A stretch of 64,000 nt of DNA from Psilocybe cubensis. Taxonomy: Eukaryota. The notes below the pieces were generated by a model, which worked only from the letters and a program-made list of their open reading frames with translations, made no database searches and was not told where the DNA came from. The position numbers and the translations under genes were made by a program. The stretch is from positions 868,001-932,000 of the forward strand of contig CM039007.1 in the NCBI GenBank assembly GCA_017499595.2, read 5' to 3'. Positions 11,783-25,200 of the stretch are shown piece by piece; within the stretch, counting starts at the first letter, position 1; the number at the start of each line of letters is the position of its first letter.

Positions 11783-14700
11783 ATGACCTCCACCATCGAT
11801 CCGAATACTATTGGCAAACCAGTGCGCCCACGTCGCCATGTCCGCACTCTCACAGGTTAGCGATCTCGTTCATGTTTGGACATTGTCAATCTTGTTTCTG
11901 TCTCACCATCGTGGGCCCATAGGTTATCTTCCTGAGAAAGACGAAGAAGGACGCGATAAATGGCCTAAGGGTGAAGAAAAGGTCTGGAAAGATGGGATGA
12001 GGTCTCTCGATAAGGGTGCGTGCGACAGATCTACGGCGTTGCGAGTGGTTCTCATATTTATGCTGCGATGTGGATAAGATGTCAACGATATCACGCGTTC
12101 TTTTGTGAACCATGTCCAAACCTCTCTGGCCCGTCAACCATACAACATTGGTATGCGCATATATGCTCCATTTTCATCGTTGGAAGCTGAAATTTTAGCA
12201 AAGATGACCTCGGTGCATACCATGCTGCCGCTCTCTCCACACGAGACAATCTTTTGGTAAATTGAGTCTTTTTTGAACGCATATATGTACTCATACTTGC
12301 ATCTCCCACGCCAGGTAAACTGGAACGATACCCAGCTAACATATACTCGCAAAGCCCCTAAACGAGCTTACTATCTTTCACTGGAGTTTTTGATGGGGCG
12401 AACTCTCGATAACGCTGTAAGTTTTGTAACCCCTATCTACTACAGCGCATATATCTCATCGCATCTTAGCTCCTTAACCTGGGGCTTAAAGATGAATATA
12501 AACAAGGTGTCCGCAAGCTCGGATTCAACATTGAAGATATCCTAGAGCAGGAGAGAGACGCCGGTTTAGGAAATGGTGGACTTGGTCGCCTCGCTGCCTG
12601 CTATCTTGACTCTTCCGCCTCTCAAGAGCTTCCTGTCTGGGGTTACGGTCTGCGATACAAGTACGGTATCTTCCAGCAGCTTATTTCTCCCTCAGGAGAC
12701 CAGCTTGAGGTCAGATCCACAATGACGCTTTGAAGTGACGATGTTCTTCTGACATGACATACAGGCTCCTGACCCATGGCTGGACAATCAAAACCCATGG
12801 GAACTCCCCCGTCTTGACGTCACCTATCAAATTAGATTCTACGGACATGCCGACAGACTCGACGATGGAACTGGGCGTGCTTTATGGCAAGGCGGACAGG
12901 AAGTCCTTGCACAGGCGTATGATGTTATGATTCCTGGGTATGGAACCCGGTCGACTAACAACTTGAGGCTCTGGGAAAGCAAACCCAAGCGAGGATTCGA
13001 CTTGAACTCCTTCAATGGTACGCTATTTTCGTGCTGCTGTTGTGTAATCTGGCCTGACTCAATATGTGCCATGTATAGCTGGAAACTACGAAGGAGCTGT
13101 TGAATCGTCCAACAGTGCTCAAGCTATCACCTCTGTTTTGTATCCCAATGATCATACGTAGGTCTTTTTCTTCATTTCAACACTTTTTCTCTGACAAGCA
13201 TATTTTTAGGACATGTACGTTCTCTTGCGTTATAAACATCTGCATTGCAAATCTTGACATTGTGACATCTTACAGTTGGAAAGGAGTTGAGATTGAAGCA
13301 GCAGTAGTACGTGTTCTGGTTTCCGGCAAAGGTGCCATGGCTTATTCTGTCATTAGCTTCTGGACCGCTGCCAGTTTAGCTGACATTTTGCGTCGCTTTA
13401 AGAATCTTAACAAGCATATCCGCGAATTCCCTGACTGTATGTATCATCCTGGAGTGTAGCAATCGTTTCGTACTGAAAACCTTTTTTATAACAGATGTTG
13501 CTATCCAGCTAAACGATGTAAGTGTTTAAAACTATGTTCGAGGCTTCGAGGTGTTCATCTATATCCCTTAAGACCCACCCTACTCTTGCCATTCCTGAAT
13601 TGATGAGAATACTGATCGACGAGGAAGACCTAAGCTGGGATGCTGCCTGGTCCATCGTCACCAACGTTTTCTTCTATACTAACCACACCGTGCTTCCTGT
13701 GAGTTACGCTTTGAATTATGCCTTTCAGCGAATGAACCCATACCTTACAGGAAGCTCTCGAAAAATGGCCTGTGCCTTTGTTGGAGCACGTCCTGCCAAG
13801 GTTTGTATTATTCGCTCCGCTTCCGTATTGTCTTTTTCTCATTCCTTTTCTAGACATATGCAGATCATCTATGATATCGTGAGTCTTCCGTGCACCTATG
13901 TTCGAATGTTAACTCGTCGCTGAATTCTATTTGACAGAATCTGTCCGTCTCCTAATTATTTTACCTTTAGGGGTTATTACTGATAGCTCTCTTATACACT
14001 TAGGTTCTTCCTCCAAGGTATATCTATTGCCTATGAAACCCCGTAGGGCAATGCTGATTCAATGCGCCATTTTAGCTGTTGAGAAAAAGTTCCCTGGAGA
14101 CCGCGACAGGCTCTCAAGGATGTCCCTGATCGAAGGTAAACTGTCTGTTTGCTCTGTCTTCAGCAAAAATCTTACGTTTGCTTCAGAGGGCATCCCAAAA
14201 CAGGTTCGCATGGCGCACCTTGCATGCATTGGCAGTCGCAAAGTAAATGGGGTTGCCGAGGTGGGTTCCGTTCAAAGTCAGGGGTATTTATATACTGAAT
14301 ACGATCCATCACAGTTGCACAGTGAACTCGTTCGAACCACTATCTTAAAAGATTTCGTCGAATTTGAGGGAATCAGCAAGTGAGTCGGTTCAACGTCTGT
14401 TCCATATTATTTTTCTGATGTTGCCTTTTCCTAGATTCGGAAACGTTACCAACGGAAGTTAGTTTAAAAACCACATGTTTTTCTATCATTATTTCGATTC
14501 TGACGCTCTCTACTCCCAGTCACTCCCCGCCGATGGCTCGACCAGGTTGGTAGTGATGACAGACATCTGTATCTTATAAGCATATTAACCAGATTTTAGT
14601 GTAACCCAGAACTCAGCGCCCTCATTTCCAAAACCCTTAAGCTGGACAAGAGCGTGTGGTTGAAAGACCTCACCAAACTTGAAGGCCTGCTTCCATTTAC

Positions 14701-16253
14701 TGAGGACAAGGCTTTCCGCGACGAGTGGGCAGCCATCAAGCAGCGCAACAAGGAGCGCCTCGCTCACTATGTGCAGACTACCTTGGGTCTTACCATTCGT
14801 ACCGATGCTATGTTTGATGTGCAGATCAAGGTACGAGTATCGAATATGTATACTTCATTACCTTACTAACGAGTATTTAGCGTATCCACGAGTACAAACG
14901 CCAAACTCTTAATATCTTGGGAGTCATCCATGTAAGAGCTGTCGGGTTAAAATGGAATAGCCTATGTACTAACTGTTGCTCCAGCGCTACTTCACTTTGA
15001 AGAACATGTCAGCGGAGGAGAAAAAGAAGGTCAACCCCCGTGTTGTATTCTTCGCTGGAAAAGCTGCCCCTGCCTGTAAGTTTTCACTAATCGTTCTTTA
15101 CAATTGACTCATAAAAAATTTCTAGATTTCATTGCCAAGCTCGTAAGTCTACAGGGAGCATTCGATAAGCATGATAATTTTAGCTTACACAAATTTACTA
15201 GACGATTCGCTTGATTGTGAATGTCGCCCGGGTCATCAACTCCGATCCAGATACCAAGGATTATCTGCAACTTTACTTCTTGCCAGATTACTCCGTCTCG
15301 TTGGCAGAGGTTTTGATCCCAGCTTCTGATATCAGTCAACACATCTCCACTGCTGGAACTGAAGCTTCTGGTACTTCGAACATGAAGTTCTGCCTGAACG
15401 GTGGGCTTTTGCTCGGAACAGTTGGTAAGGCATAGTTCTTATGCTGATATTCAACGTGGGCTTACTGTCTGGTGTGCTAGATGGTGCTAACATTGAGATC
15501 GCCGAAGAGGTTTGAAATATTTTTAATTATCAGCGCGAACTCTTTTCTGACTTTGATATCTCTGCAGGTTGGAGAAAGCAATGTCTGTGAGTATTATTTT
15601 TTAGTTTCAATAGGGTTATTTCAGTTCTAATCCTTTTTAGTCTTCTTTGGACACTTGACTCCGTAAGTTACCCTGTTTGTGCATCACCATTTCTTCGTAT
15701 CTAATGATTGCTTCCAGTGCCGTCGAGGACCTTCGCTATCAGCACTTGTACCATCCCATCCCGATTGAACAGAAATGCCCAGCGTTGGCCCATGTTATCA
15801 ATCAAGTTGCCGCTGGAGTGTTCGGCGATGGTCATGTCTACGAGCCGTGAGTACAATTTCCCTGTTGACTTTTGAATCGATGTTCAACGCATATTTTATT
15901 ATTCGACAGTCTCCTCAACACCATCAGGCAATCTGATTACTACCTGCTTACTGACGACTTCGATTCTTGTACGTCTCCCAATTAACAAGGATTTTTCTGA
16001 TCTTCGACGTTGATATCCTTTGACTGTAGACATCGCTGCTCTTGCTATGGTTGACGAGGCGTACCTTGACAAAGATGAGTGGGCTAAGAAGTCCATTAGG
16101 ACGACTGCCAAGGTAAGCACTAGTTGTCATTATGTTAACGTACGCTAACTTTGATTACCCTTTCAGATGGGCAAGTTCAGCTCTGACCGTGCCATCAACG
16201 AGTACGCGGAGAGTTACTGGAACATCGAGCCAGTCATTGTTGAGAAAGCTTGA
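11783..16253 (+). CDS. GPH1: Glycogen phosphorylase (GT35), very intron-rich with microexons
   Basis: [106 protein letters not shown] at 16251-16253. Confidence 0.97.
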
Positions 16254-16711
16254 TTCCAGAAGGGAGGGGTGAGATATCTTGGGAAATGAAGAATCTTTTT
16301 GAAATAACGGGGTATTGTGTTGGAATTCAGAAGTGGTGGAGTCTTCAGGGATACCCTGAAGAATCGGGATATGGGAGAACAAAAGAATGTATGTTTTACA
16401 GATTTGTATGTAGGAATACACTTGAGCCACTTGAGCCACGGGGGTTTAACTGCTTTGGCAGTTTGCAGTTGTAAGTGAACTATGTTTATGTTTGATGGAT
16501 TTGAGATGAGATTGTGAGACTTCAGAGTACTGAGTGCCTTTTCTGAGCCGTTGTAATGCTGAAGGCCTGAAATACCGCTATGAGCGGCGTCTTAGGGTGC
16601 GTGAGGGCTCCTTTGGTCTTCTAACCAGTTGAATACAAGACCCGGAGGTTAAAGTTGAACGCTGGGCTATAGCCCGATATGCCATTGCTAATAAACTACC
16701 TACTTTACATA

Positions 16712-19203
16712 CTACTTACGAGACACGAGATAATTGATTTTTCGGGGCGGCCACATTCTGCTTTGGTTGTTTGTCATTGCTGTGGGAGAAATCAAGATGT
16801 CAGAATCTCCTGGTTCGGCAATGCCATGCCTGAAGAAAGAAGAATATTAGAAGGGATTTCGAAATGGATGCATCAGACTTACTCCTTCCATACGTGTTCA
16901 TTAAGAGTAGCACCGCACTCTTCCTTTCTGCAATGGGCACAAACCATCGAAATATTGTTTGCGTACATGCGACCGTTATCGCTGTCTATGCACCTTCTTG
17001 CTACAATCTCATCTTCCCCAGTAAGCAATTCATAGTTGCACACGGACCCCAATCCGGGGAGTAATTGTCGATCATGTGCAATGCGATGTTCATCCTAAAA
17101 GTGAATCCCCCCGAATCAGACCAGCGAAATTGTCAAGTGATGGCTACACCTACCAGAATATTCCACCTTAAAACACAGCGTCCCTTAATGAGACTGTTGC
17201 AAGATACACATTCGAATATCGGATCAGCTGCATCCATCTCCTCAGAGGTAGTCACGGCCGGATCAAATCCAAACTGCTCGAGAATGTCCGCCATGGCTCG
17301 CATGCGATCTTTGTTGAAATATATACCGTTTTCGTCGTTCCAAATCGTGCTCCTGGTATGATGTGAAAGTGATCGACGTTCCAACTCGTCCAGTGCCTTT
17401 TCAGCACTAATATATGGTTCATATGGAATACCATGATAATGGGCCAGGACATTAGGATACCGCAAGTGGTCGCTACGGCACGTTTTGCATGAGAAGATAG
17501 TTGTTGCCAGTCGAAGCACGCTGCTTTCGTCAAAATTATATGTAGTGCCACAGGCTGATTTGATCAGGCTTATAAGCTTCCCTTCCATCTGGGTCCGCCA
17601 CTCATGGGAAATTTGTGCGTAATTGACACGCAGGGGATCGAGGTGCGCCGAAGTGAAAGGTTCTAATGATGTGTCGTCTATTAGGTCTCGCACCAGCTGT
17701 ACCTTAAACAAATCCGCTGCAGAGGGAGTCGGAGTGTACAGCGAATACTGCGCTGCACATTCTTTGGCGACTTTGGATAATATTGGCAGCCGATTTTCCA
17801 GAAACACCCTGCGATCGGCTTGCAGTCTTAACACGCGGGACTCGCTCATCAATACATTGAGGTCCGGACCCATGGAAATCAATACTTGTTTAAGCATAAA
17901 TTAGTACTTTCAAAGCAGTTTGTTAGGCATTGCGCACCTGTATCAGTCAATTCATTGCAGCATGCATCATAAATTTGAGGTATATCAAAAAGATCTTCGT
18001 AACCGTCTTCGCTCATAAGAGAGAGCTCGGGTTCCCATCCTAGTGATTTTAAGTGGGCGACAAGCCTGTCAATTATTCCAAAGGTGTTAGTGTCCTGGTG
18101 TATGGGTGTAGAAGATCTTCTCACCTTGATTGACGACGAAGAAACAAGTTATCCTCTCTTTCGTTTTCGTCCCATGTCTTGTAGATGGCAGCATGCTTAA
18201 CGAGTTATACCTTAGCTCAAGGGTCTCTGACAAAAATATCAGGCTTACCGTTTCTATGTTGTTCAATTCTTTAATTTTGTCAGTCATCCAACTTGCCGGG
18301 TTTACTGACAAGGAACATTCTCTCTTCCACTTTTTTCCAGTTTCAAGTAAGTAGTACGACCTGTAGGCTGGGTACCGTAAGTTGTATGCACTGAACAGGA
18401 CTCAACACGGCTTACAATGGTCCTTGTACGGCAAGAGAACTCTGGGAAGGTATGGTATCAACTCCATGGGGCATGTCATCTGTACCTGCGCATCTGTTGA
18501 TAATTGCCCACGGATCATCACGAATCTAGTCATATCAAATAAGGATACAGATTCAGGAAAAACTTCAATCATATACGCGCCTGTATTGTATACACGGCAC
18601 ACAAGCTCGAACTCTTGCCGCAAAAACGGTGATCGGTGCTCTGTTGTCTGCGCCAACGAACCTTCCGCAGTACTGTAGAACAGGTCATTAGACAGAAAGA
18701 TGGAAATTAAACGCTAAGGAATACCCACTTGACACTTCTTACCAAATGCCAAATTCGTATACTGGATGTCCGTTAAATCTGGTGGACAGTCTGGCATCCC
18801 AATAAGCTCCCTGGAGGCTTTCCACAGAGTCGGCGCCACGTCTGAGCTCTTCAGAATATGTCGAAAATGTATTGAAGTGCACGATAGGTGCCATAAATCT
18901 TTCGGCTCTAAATCTGTGCAGATCTGATAGAGCAGGCAAACATAAGAGGTGTATAGCGCGGCTACGGGAAGAATTTCTGACCTCAAATGCCAATATTTCT
19001 ACGGGGAGCCCACCCAGAGAATTCGCGGAGTATACAGAGGTCTCGTTCAACTCATTTGCTGGCGTTCTCATTTTCTTCGGTTCTCTTCCTTCATTCAAGA
19101 CGTCAACATTGGTGTCCTGACTAGATCGCGACCGCTTTACGGTCGCGTCTCTATTAGTAGTTGATGATGAAGAGTTGTCGACGGTAGAATGGAGTTCAGG
19201 CAT
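16712..19203 (-). CDS. F-box protein of an Agaricomycete-expanded family (copy 1)
   Basis: LGGLPVEILAFE|ICTDLEPKDLWHLSCTSIHFRHIL (F-box), PDCPPDLTDIQYTNLAFG, Cys/His clusters; collinear with the paralogue at 31910-34447. Confidence 0.85.
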
Positions 19204-19394
19204 TTCGACTGGGGAGAAAACAAGAAAGAATGCTACGAGTTCACCGTGTTGTGCTTTATAAAGACCAATTTCAACCAACGGTGCCCTCCAAGTGATGGGA
19301 GGCCCATCAGGGCCAGATTTGATGGGCCGAGCGGAAGCAATAAATATTAGATACTCTCTAGTCAAAGGTTTAGATGATTTTAAAACCCGCAAGT

Positions 19395-19601
19395 TTACGA
19401 ATAGAAGTTTCTGACCTCAAATACCAATATTGCTTTGGAAAGTCCGCACAGAGAGTTCTTCTCTAGAGAGGCATTGCTTGCAACCCCGTTCAACCTTTTT
19501 GTTGGCTTCCCCTTTTTCTTCGGTGGGTTCTCTGCATTCAAGTCATCTACATTGGTGCGACGATGTTGAAGAGTTCTAATAGTAGGTCGGTGTGATCCCA
19601 A
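19395..19601 (-). pseudogene. 5' fragment of an F-box gene (exon 1 plus start of intron 1)
   Basis: TNVDDLNAENPPKKKGKPTKRLNGVA...NSLCGLSKAILVFE|gtcaga matches exon 1 of the intact F-box genes; no downstream exons follow. Confidence 0.75.
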
Positions 19602-20033
19602 ACATCGTAGACTGGGTTCGAGTCTAGAAGGCGACGCCGCGACGGTCCTGCAAGATCGCGTTGATGAGCTGTTTTAGCCGGCACCAATCGGCTTGGTTAT
19701 TTTTGTTACTATGTTAGTGGTGCCGCGCGGCGCTGTCTGTGGCTTGCAGCCATATTTTTGAACTCCGAATATCGTCACATTATTCAAACTTTCCTTTCTC
19801 CAGGATATTTCTGTCAGCCTGCCTCTTTTACCTGATGTTCTCTGTTAAATTTCTTCCTAATCGATCTGTACCGTCAAAACGGTTTAACCTGCTCTACCTC
19901 CTTCTGTCGTCATTGAACGACAGCACGGAAATTTAACAAACTAAGGAATGCGCGATGAAAGTTAATTTCACTTGAAGAGTATACATTGGCAGACACTATG
20001 TCGTATAATGCACGGTTCAAATCAACATGTACG

Positions 20034-21810
20034 AAGCTTTTATCCACTCAGAAAGTCCTTTACCCATGGTCAGCGTTTCCGATGCGGTGTATCCGACCTG
20101 AGGCTCCTGTTCAACTCATTTGTCTTGCTTGACACTGAATTTTGGGAAGATTACACTGATCACCCTTTTCCATCAACGGGTGCCAGTGTGCAAATCATGT
20201 AGGATAAAGGGTCTGTTCTATATGTTTTTTTCTCCCCTTCTCCTCGCATTTGTGTTCTCAGACACCAAAAAGCTGTCTCTAAAGCCGACTTCTCCGCATG
20301 TGGTACGCCAATCCGCTGTTGGATTCCCGTGGACACACGCTATCTCCTTTGCACAGCAACGCGTGTGATTCTGCACCAGCACTCGAGGAGTGCTCGTGTC
20401 AGAATCAGCGTTATCAGATGGATAACGATCTTTCGAAGCTTCGCTGTCTTCTGCAGACACGTCCGGGCCTGTACAGATTGTGCCAAAAAGCGTAAATAGT
20501 TGGAAAACCGACACTCTCGGGCACAGCAACGGTGACACATGTCGTGCACGGATGTGATAGAAGTCCAGAGCAGCATGCGTCGCCGTCCTTCAACTATTTT
20601 CCTTTTCGAGCATAATGGTATGTTTTATAAAGGGCTGTGCTGCAGCCTTGAATTACCAACAACCTCATCCTTTCCCTTGCAGCATTCTCCCAGGTGAGTC
20701 GATCTCGCACTACGATTAGCATCGCAGAGCTCATCGCTGGATGCAGAATACGGGGTGCAGTTCAGTCCACACGGACGATCTGCAGGTGAGCTTTTACGAC
20801 ATTGCGTTGATCCGCGCATTCGCTGACTCGTTCAATTACTTTAGGCTGCATGCTGCATATTCATCCTCTTCGTCAACGAGTGGAGGATGTCTGCTACCTG
20901 GCGCAATAGCTGGGTAGCAAAGCCAGTTGGTTGCGCAACGCGACCAATTGGATGTTTCGTACTGACCTGCCTCTAATCGAGGCAAGGACACACAGACGAT
21001 GGAGCGGCGCCAACTAGCCGCCGCTCCTCGTCGACGTTTGGAAATGTGAGTGGTTGATTCTAAATCGATTGCGTCTTGATCTGACCTGTTTGTAGGCTAC
21101 TGCTATGCCGTTTATATGCCCACATGATATGCTCAAAACAACAGTCCCGTTATCGTCTAACTCGACGAGGGACATGGTCCTATTGCTTGATGCTCGATGT
21201 CTTGATACCTGAATTACTGGCCTGCAGCCGCTCCATTCGGAGATAGCTGGGCGAACGCTGTCTGGTCTGCACTTGGTCTCTTGGTCTCTTGGTCTCGTTT
21301 GTCTGTGTCTCGATATTTGTCCCTGCCTGCAGCCGCTCCTCCAAACGGAGATTGCTGGGCAAAGCTGCTCGTTCCCACATCTACTCGATCTTGTCGCTCC
21401 TTTGAAAAGCGAGGGAGCGGCCGGACGGTAAAGGCTGCCTACCGCATCACCGCGGCCGCAGCAGTAATTTTTTTCTCCAAGAGTGGAGGGGTTCCGACCT
21501 CCATCGTGCATGCCTTGTCGTGGCCTTGGAGCTTGAACACTTTCCATCGGTTGCATTGATTGTGACCGGTGGAGGTTGACCAAATGCACACAAAAAAAAC
21601 AGGAATCGGTAAGATCACATAGTCATTGTCTAGTTTGATAAGTATTTGCCTTTGTATCTAAACTCACTTTCAATAAAAATATATCTACAACTATACGCTA
21701 CATCATAAATGTTAAACAATTGAGTTCTTCACTTAGAATGTTAAATTTGTCACTCTTATGTAAACTATACTAGTGGTTACAAAACATGCTGAATACTACC
21801 GAGTTCGAGA
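20034..21810 (+). repeat. Copy A of a ~1.75-kb inverted repeat; probably carries a spliced non-coding transcript on +
   Basis: Reverse complement of 36792-38549. By eye ~97% identical over 20041-20340, near-identical over 21096-21590, decaying beyond ~21600. Six or seven GT-AG intron-like segments. Confidence 0.92.
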
Positions 21811-22278
21811 TGATTGATAAAGTCGTTATTATCGAATCAGCTCTATACTCGTCGATACTTTGGGGAGAGAAATAATTTGAATTACCTAACAATATGCCCA
21901 TAGGCCCTCCTGGTGCTTCATCCGTGTTCTCAATCGCTCGAGCCTGTTCTACTCACGCCCCGGAGCATGTCTATTTTTTCGCGTATTTGAGACCCAAACA
22001 TCGTCATTCTACTGTGTGTTGTTCGCTGATTTGAGAGCTCCGGGGGCCTACCTTTGCTTACCTTTGACCGGAGCACCTGTGGGTGGTTGGGTTGTGCTTG
22101 AGTAAGCTCAAGTTTGGGTCAAGTCATGTCACTGACATCAACATCAACACGTGATTGTGTGAAAAAAATTTACGGCTCCGAAGACCGCAATAATTCTTTT
22201 TTGAACCGACTTCCAGCTTTATTTCATGCCATCACCATACTTATTACCAACGATTCTAACATAAATCATACGCATTCG

Positions 22279-25200
22279 ATGCGCGAGATTGTATCCAATC
22301 ATCAGCTATGCGTTCGAACATATCCAACCAACCAGAATGATGCCTTTGTGCCCAATGTCAATGTTGCGCTGTTGACGAGGTTGATCCACGATGGCACTGC
22401 CAATTTGCTACCCGGTCGTGATCTGAAGGGTAAACGAAAAGCATCCAACGATATAGAACAAGAAGAAAGGGAATCAAAACGGGCAAGAAATTCTGCAAAT
22501 TTGACCAGTAACACAAAGGAGAGTACTCAGCAATATCGTGTCACGGTCAGCTATCCAACGATCTCTTCACTGCGGTCCCAAGATATGCCTCACCATGGTG
22601 AGATGGCACCTATTTTGCATCATCTCCTGAATATACACTATGATAGTGACTTGACCCAGGATATTGGGTTTGCTAGACCAGACCCAGTCTCCCTCGACAT
22701 TTGGAACAGAGAGGATGATGAACTGCAGGCGGCTCTGCTGGCATTGAATGGGTCCAGCCTCGATTTGGGAATTGTCAGGATTACCCAAGACGGTGAACAT
22801 GTAGTTATCGTATCCGGAAAAGGGGAATGGTTGCTTACCACTCCTTCCCTTCGTATCGACGCCAACTCTCACGACATTCAGTCTGAATCGGCCGTTGATC
22901 TTCTACTTGCCATCCGGACACTGCAACTGATGGGGAGGTCGCACCTCGAAGCCAAGTTGAAAGTACTGCCTCCATCAGAATCTTTTTTCTTTTCTTTGCA
23001 GCTAGAGTATACGGCATCAATCGTTCTCCCTGCAATTATGAAACCGTTTTCATCTAAACGCGTCAGCAAGAAAGATGTGCACTCGCGTCAGGATGCTCGG
23101 CGACGATTTTTAACCGCAGCTTGGGTCTATGACGATATGCATGACTCCGGTGGCAAAGCCATGACAGTGTCCTCATTTTATTCTACGATGGGACCTGCTC
23201 CGCCGTTACCATCTCCGGAGGCGACCAAGGCCATGCAACCGGTTGCCCTCTCTTCCACATTGCTTCCTTTCCAACTCCGTAGTGTTGCCTGGCTTTTAGA
23301 ACGAGAAGGCATATCAGTCACTTCCGACGGCAAACTCGTCCCACAGGAGTCTTCTGGCCAATTTTCGTTTTGGAGTGAGGTTAAAGATGGTGAACGAACT
23401 TGGTATTACAATCGCTTGAGTGGTGAGCTAGCAGAAGAAGCACCCGAGTTGCCTACGATACACGGTGCAATGTTGGCAGAGGAACCGGGGTTGGGTAAGA
23501 CTGTAGAAACCATTGCTTTGATGCTTCTCAACCCAGCCCCTAAGGACTGGAATCCTAGTTTGACACGGTGGGATCCCGATGGGCATCTTGATGTCAAAGC
23601 CATCAAAGTAACCTTTTTTCCTATTCGCTATATTGTGTGCTTAATTATTGTTCTGTAGAGCACTTTGATTGTTACTCCTCCTTCGTTGGCATCGCAGTGG
23701 AAGACAGAGTTGGCAAACCATGCACCCTCTCTCAAAGTTCTTATGTACGACGGATGGACCAAAGTTAAAGTCCCCATCAGTAAAACAAAGTGGGGCCTTG
23801 AACGATTCAAGAAGGTAGAATTAGAATCAAGGCCCAAGAAAAAAGGCAAATCCAAAGCACGGAATGTTGAAGAGGACGGGTCAAATTCGCGAAGTGATGA
23901 CGGTGAAGTCCTCGAGTGGTGTGAGTACGTGCACCAATTTGATGTGGTAATTACCACATATAATGTGCTGAGGAGCGAGATTCACGTCGCGCGTCCTCCG
24001 CCAGACAGACCGAAAAGAGAAGAGGCGTCTTATCATACATCTTCGCGGCTTAGGAGCCCTCTGGTCATGGTTGAGTGGAAGCGCGTAGTTATGGATGAGG
24101 TTCAAATGGTTGGTGGTGGACAGGCTGCGTAAGTCATGCTTTCTCCCTTGTCATTGATAACATCGTTGAATTTTGAACACATCTAGTGAGATGGTGTCTC
24201 TTATACCCCGCCTATCCTCTTTGGCCGTCTCAGGCACACCGGCTAAATCGCAGATGTCGGACCTTATTCATGTTCTCAAGTACGTCGTTTGTATCCTGAT
24301 ACCGCCTTCCCTCGATGTTAATGTGTGTGTTTTCAAGATTTTTGCGCATCGATCAACTTGTTGGCGATCTACGCCTTTGGAATAGACTTTTGAAACCGGG
24401 GTTCGCCAAAGACTTCGCGGCTTTTTTGAAGCATTATGGAATTAGGTATGCTCACATTTTCAACTCAATAAACAACTTCTGATGCGTGCATACTGTAGGA
24501 CAATGAAGTCCTGCGTGACATCCGAATTGACGATTCCTCAACAAACGCGATACCTTGTTGGGATTGACTTAGGTCGAGTTGAGCAACATGTGAGCCATTT
24601 TGCGGCCTCTGAGTACATCTCGATCTTTTCTTACATTGTTCAACTTGATGCGCACTCCAGGTTTACGACCAGACCCTTGAGGCAATCTTACAGCAATTGG
24701 GTCTTGATGCGAGAGGAATTGCCGCTACCGAGGGCTGGCAGGTTAATGGAAATCTCCTACGATCTGCTATTCGTCGGTTGCGTGGGATCTGTACACATCC
24801 TCAAGTATACACCACTTTCTATTCTTTTTCTGTGCATTTTCATTCAAGGATCTTCTATGTAGGTTGGTCAATTACAGAAACGGGGAGATGGTCTCTATAA
24901 ACCGGGCGCTCTGAAGACCATCGATGCTGTCCTTCAGGTATGGAACTTTATGTCACGATCAAAAAGCGTTCCTAACAGGATCTTTGTAAGTCGATGAGAG
25001 ACCAGAACTGGAAAAATCTAATGGAAGATTGGAAAGCCAAAGTATGCTAAACTTGTTGTATATTGTCATTGTTTCTATTCTCAATCTTGTTTTCATAGAT
25101 CCAGCTTATGATCCGTTACGCACAACTGCAACAGAAAGACGACACGGTTCCTAATCACCAACAAAACGCACTGAGAACTCTGGTTCTTGTCGAGGAAGAT

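Noticed and set aside
1-16253. Alpha-glucan gene cluster (amylase, LPMO, glycogen phosphorylase)
   Set aside because: Secreted versus cytosolic enzymes, AA9 acts mainly on cellulose-type substrates, and unrelated genes intervene; proximity is probably chance.
21014-21589. 191-aa ORF (and its mirror 36994-37569) as a protein-coding gene
   Set aside because: No recognisable domain and a non-ATG start. It is conserved only because the repeat is near-identical, and the splice signals point to the opposite strand.
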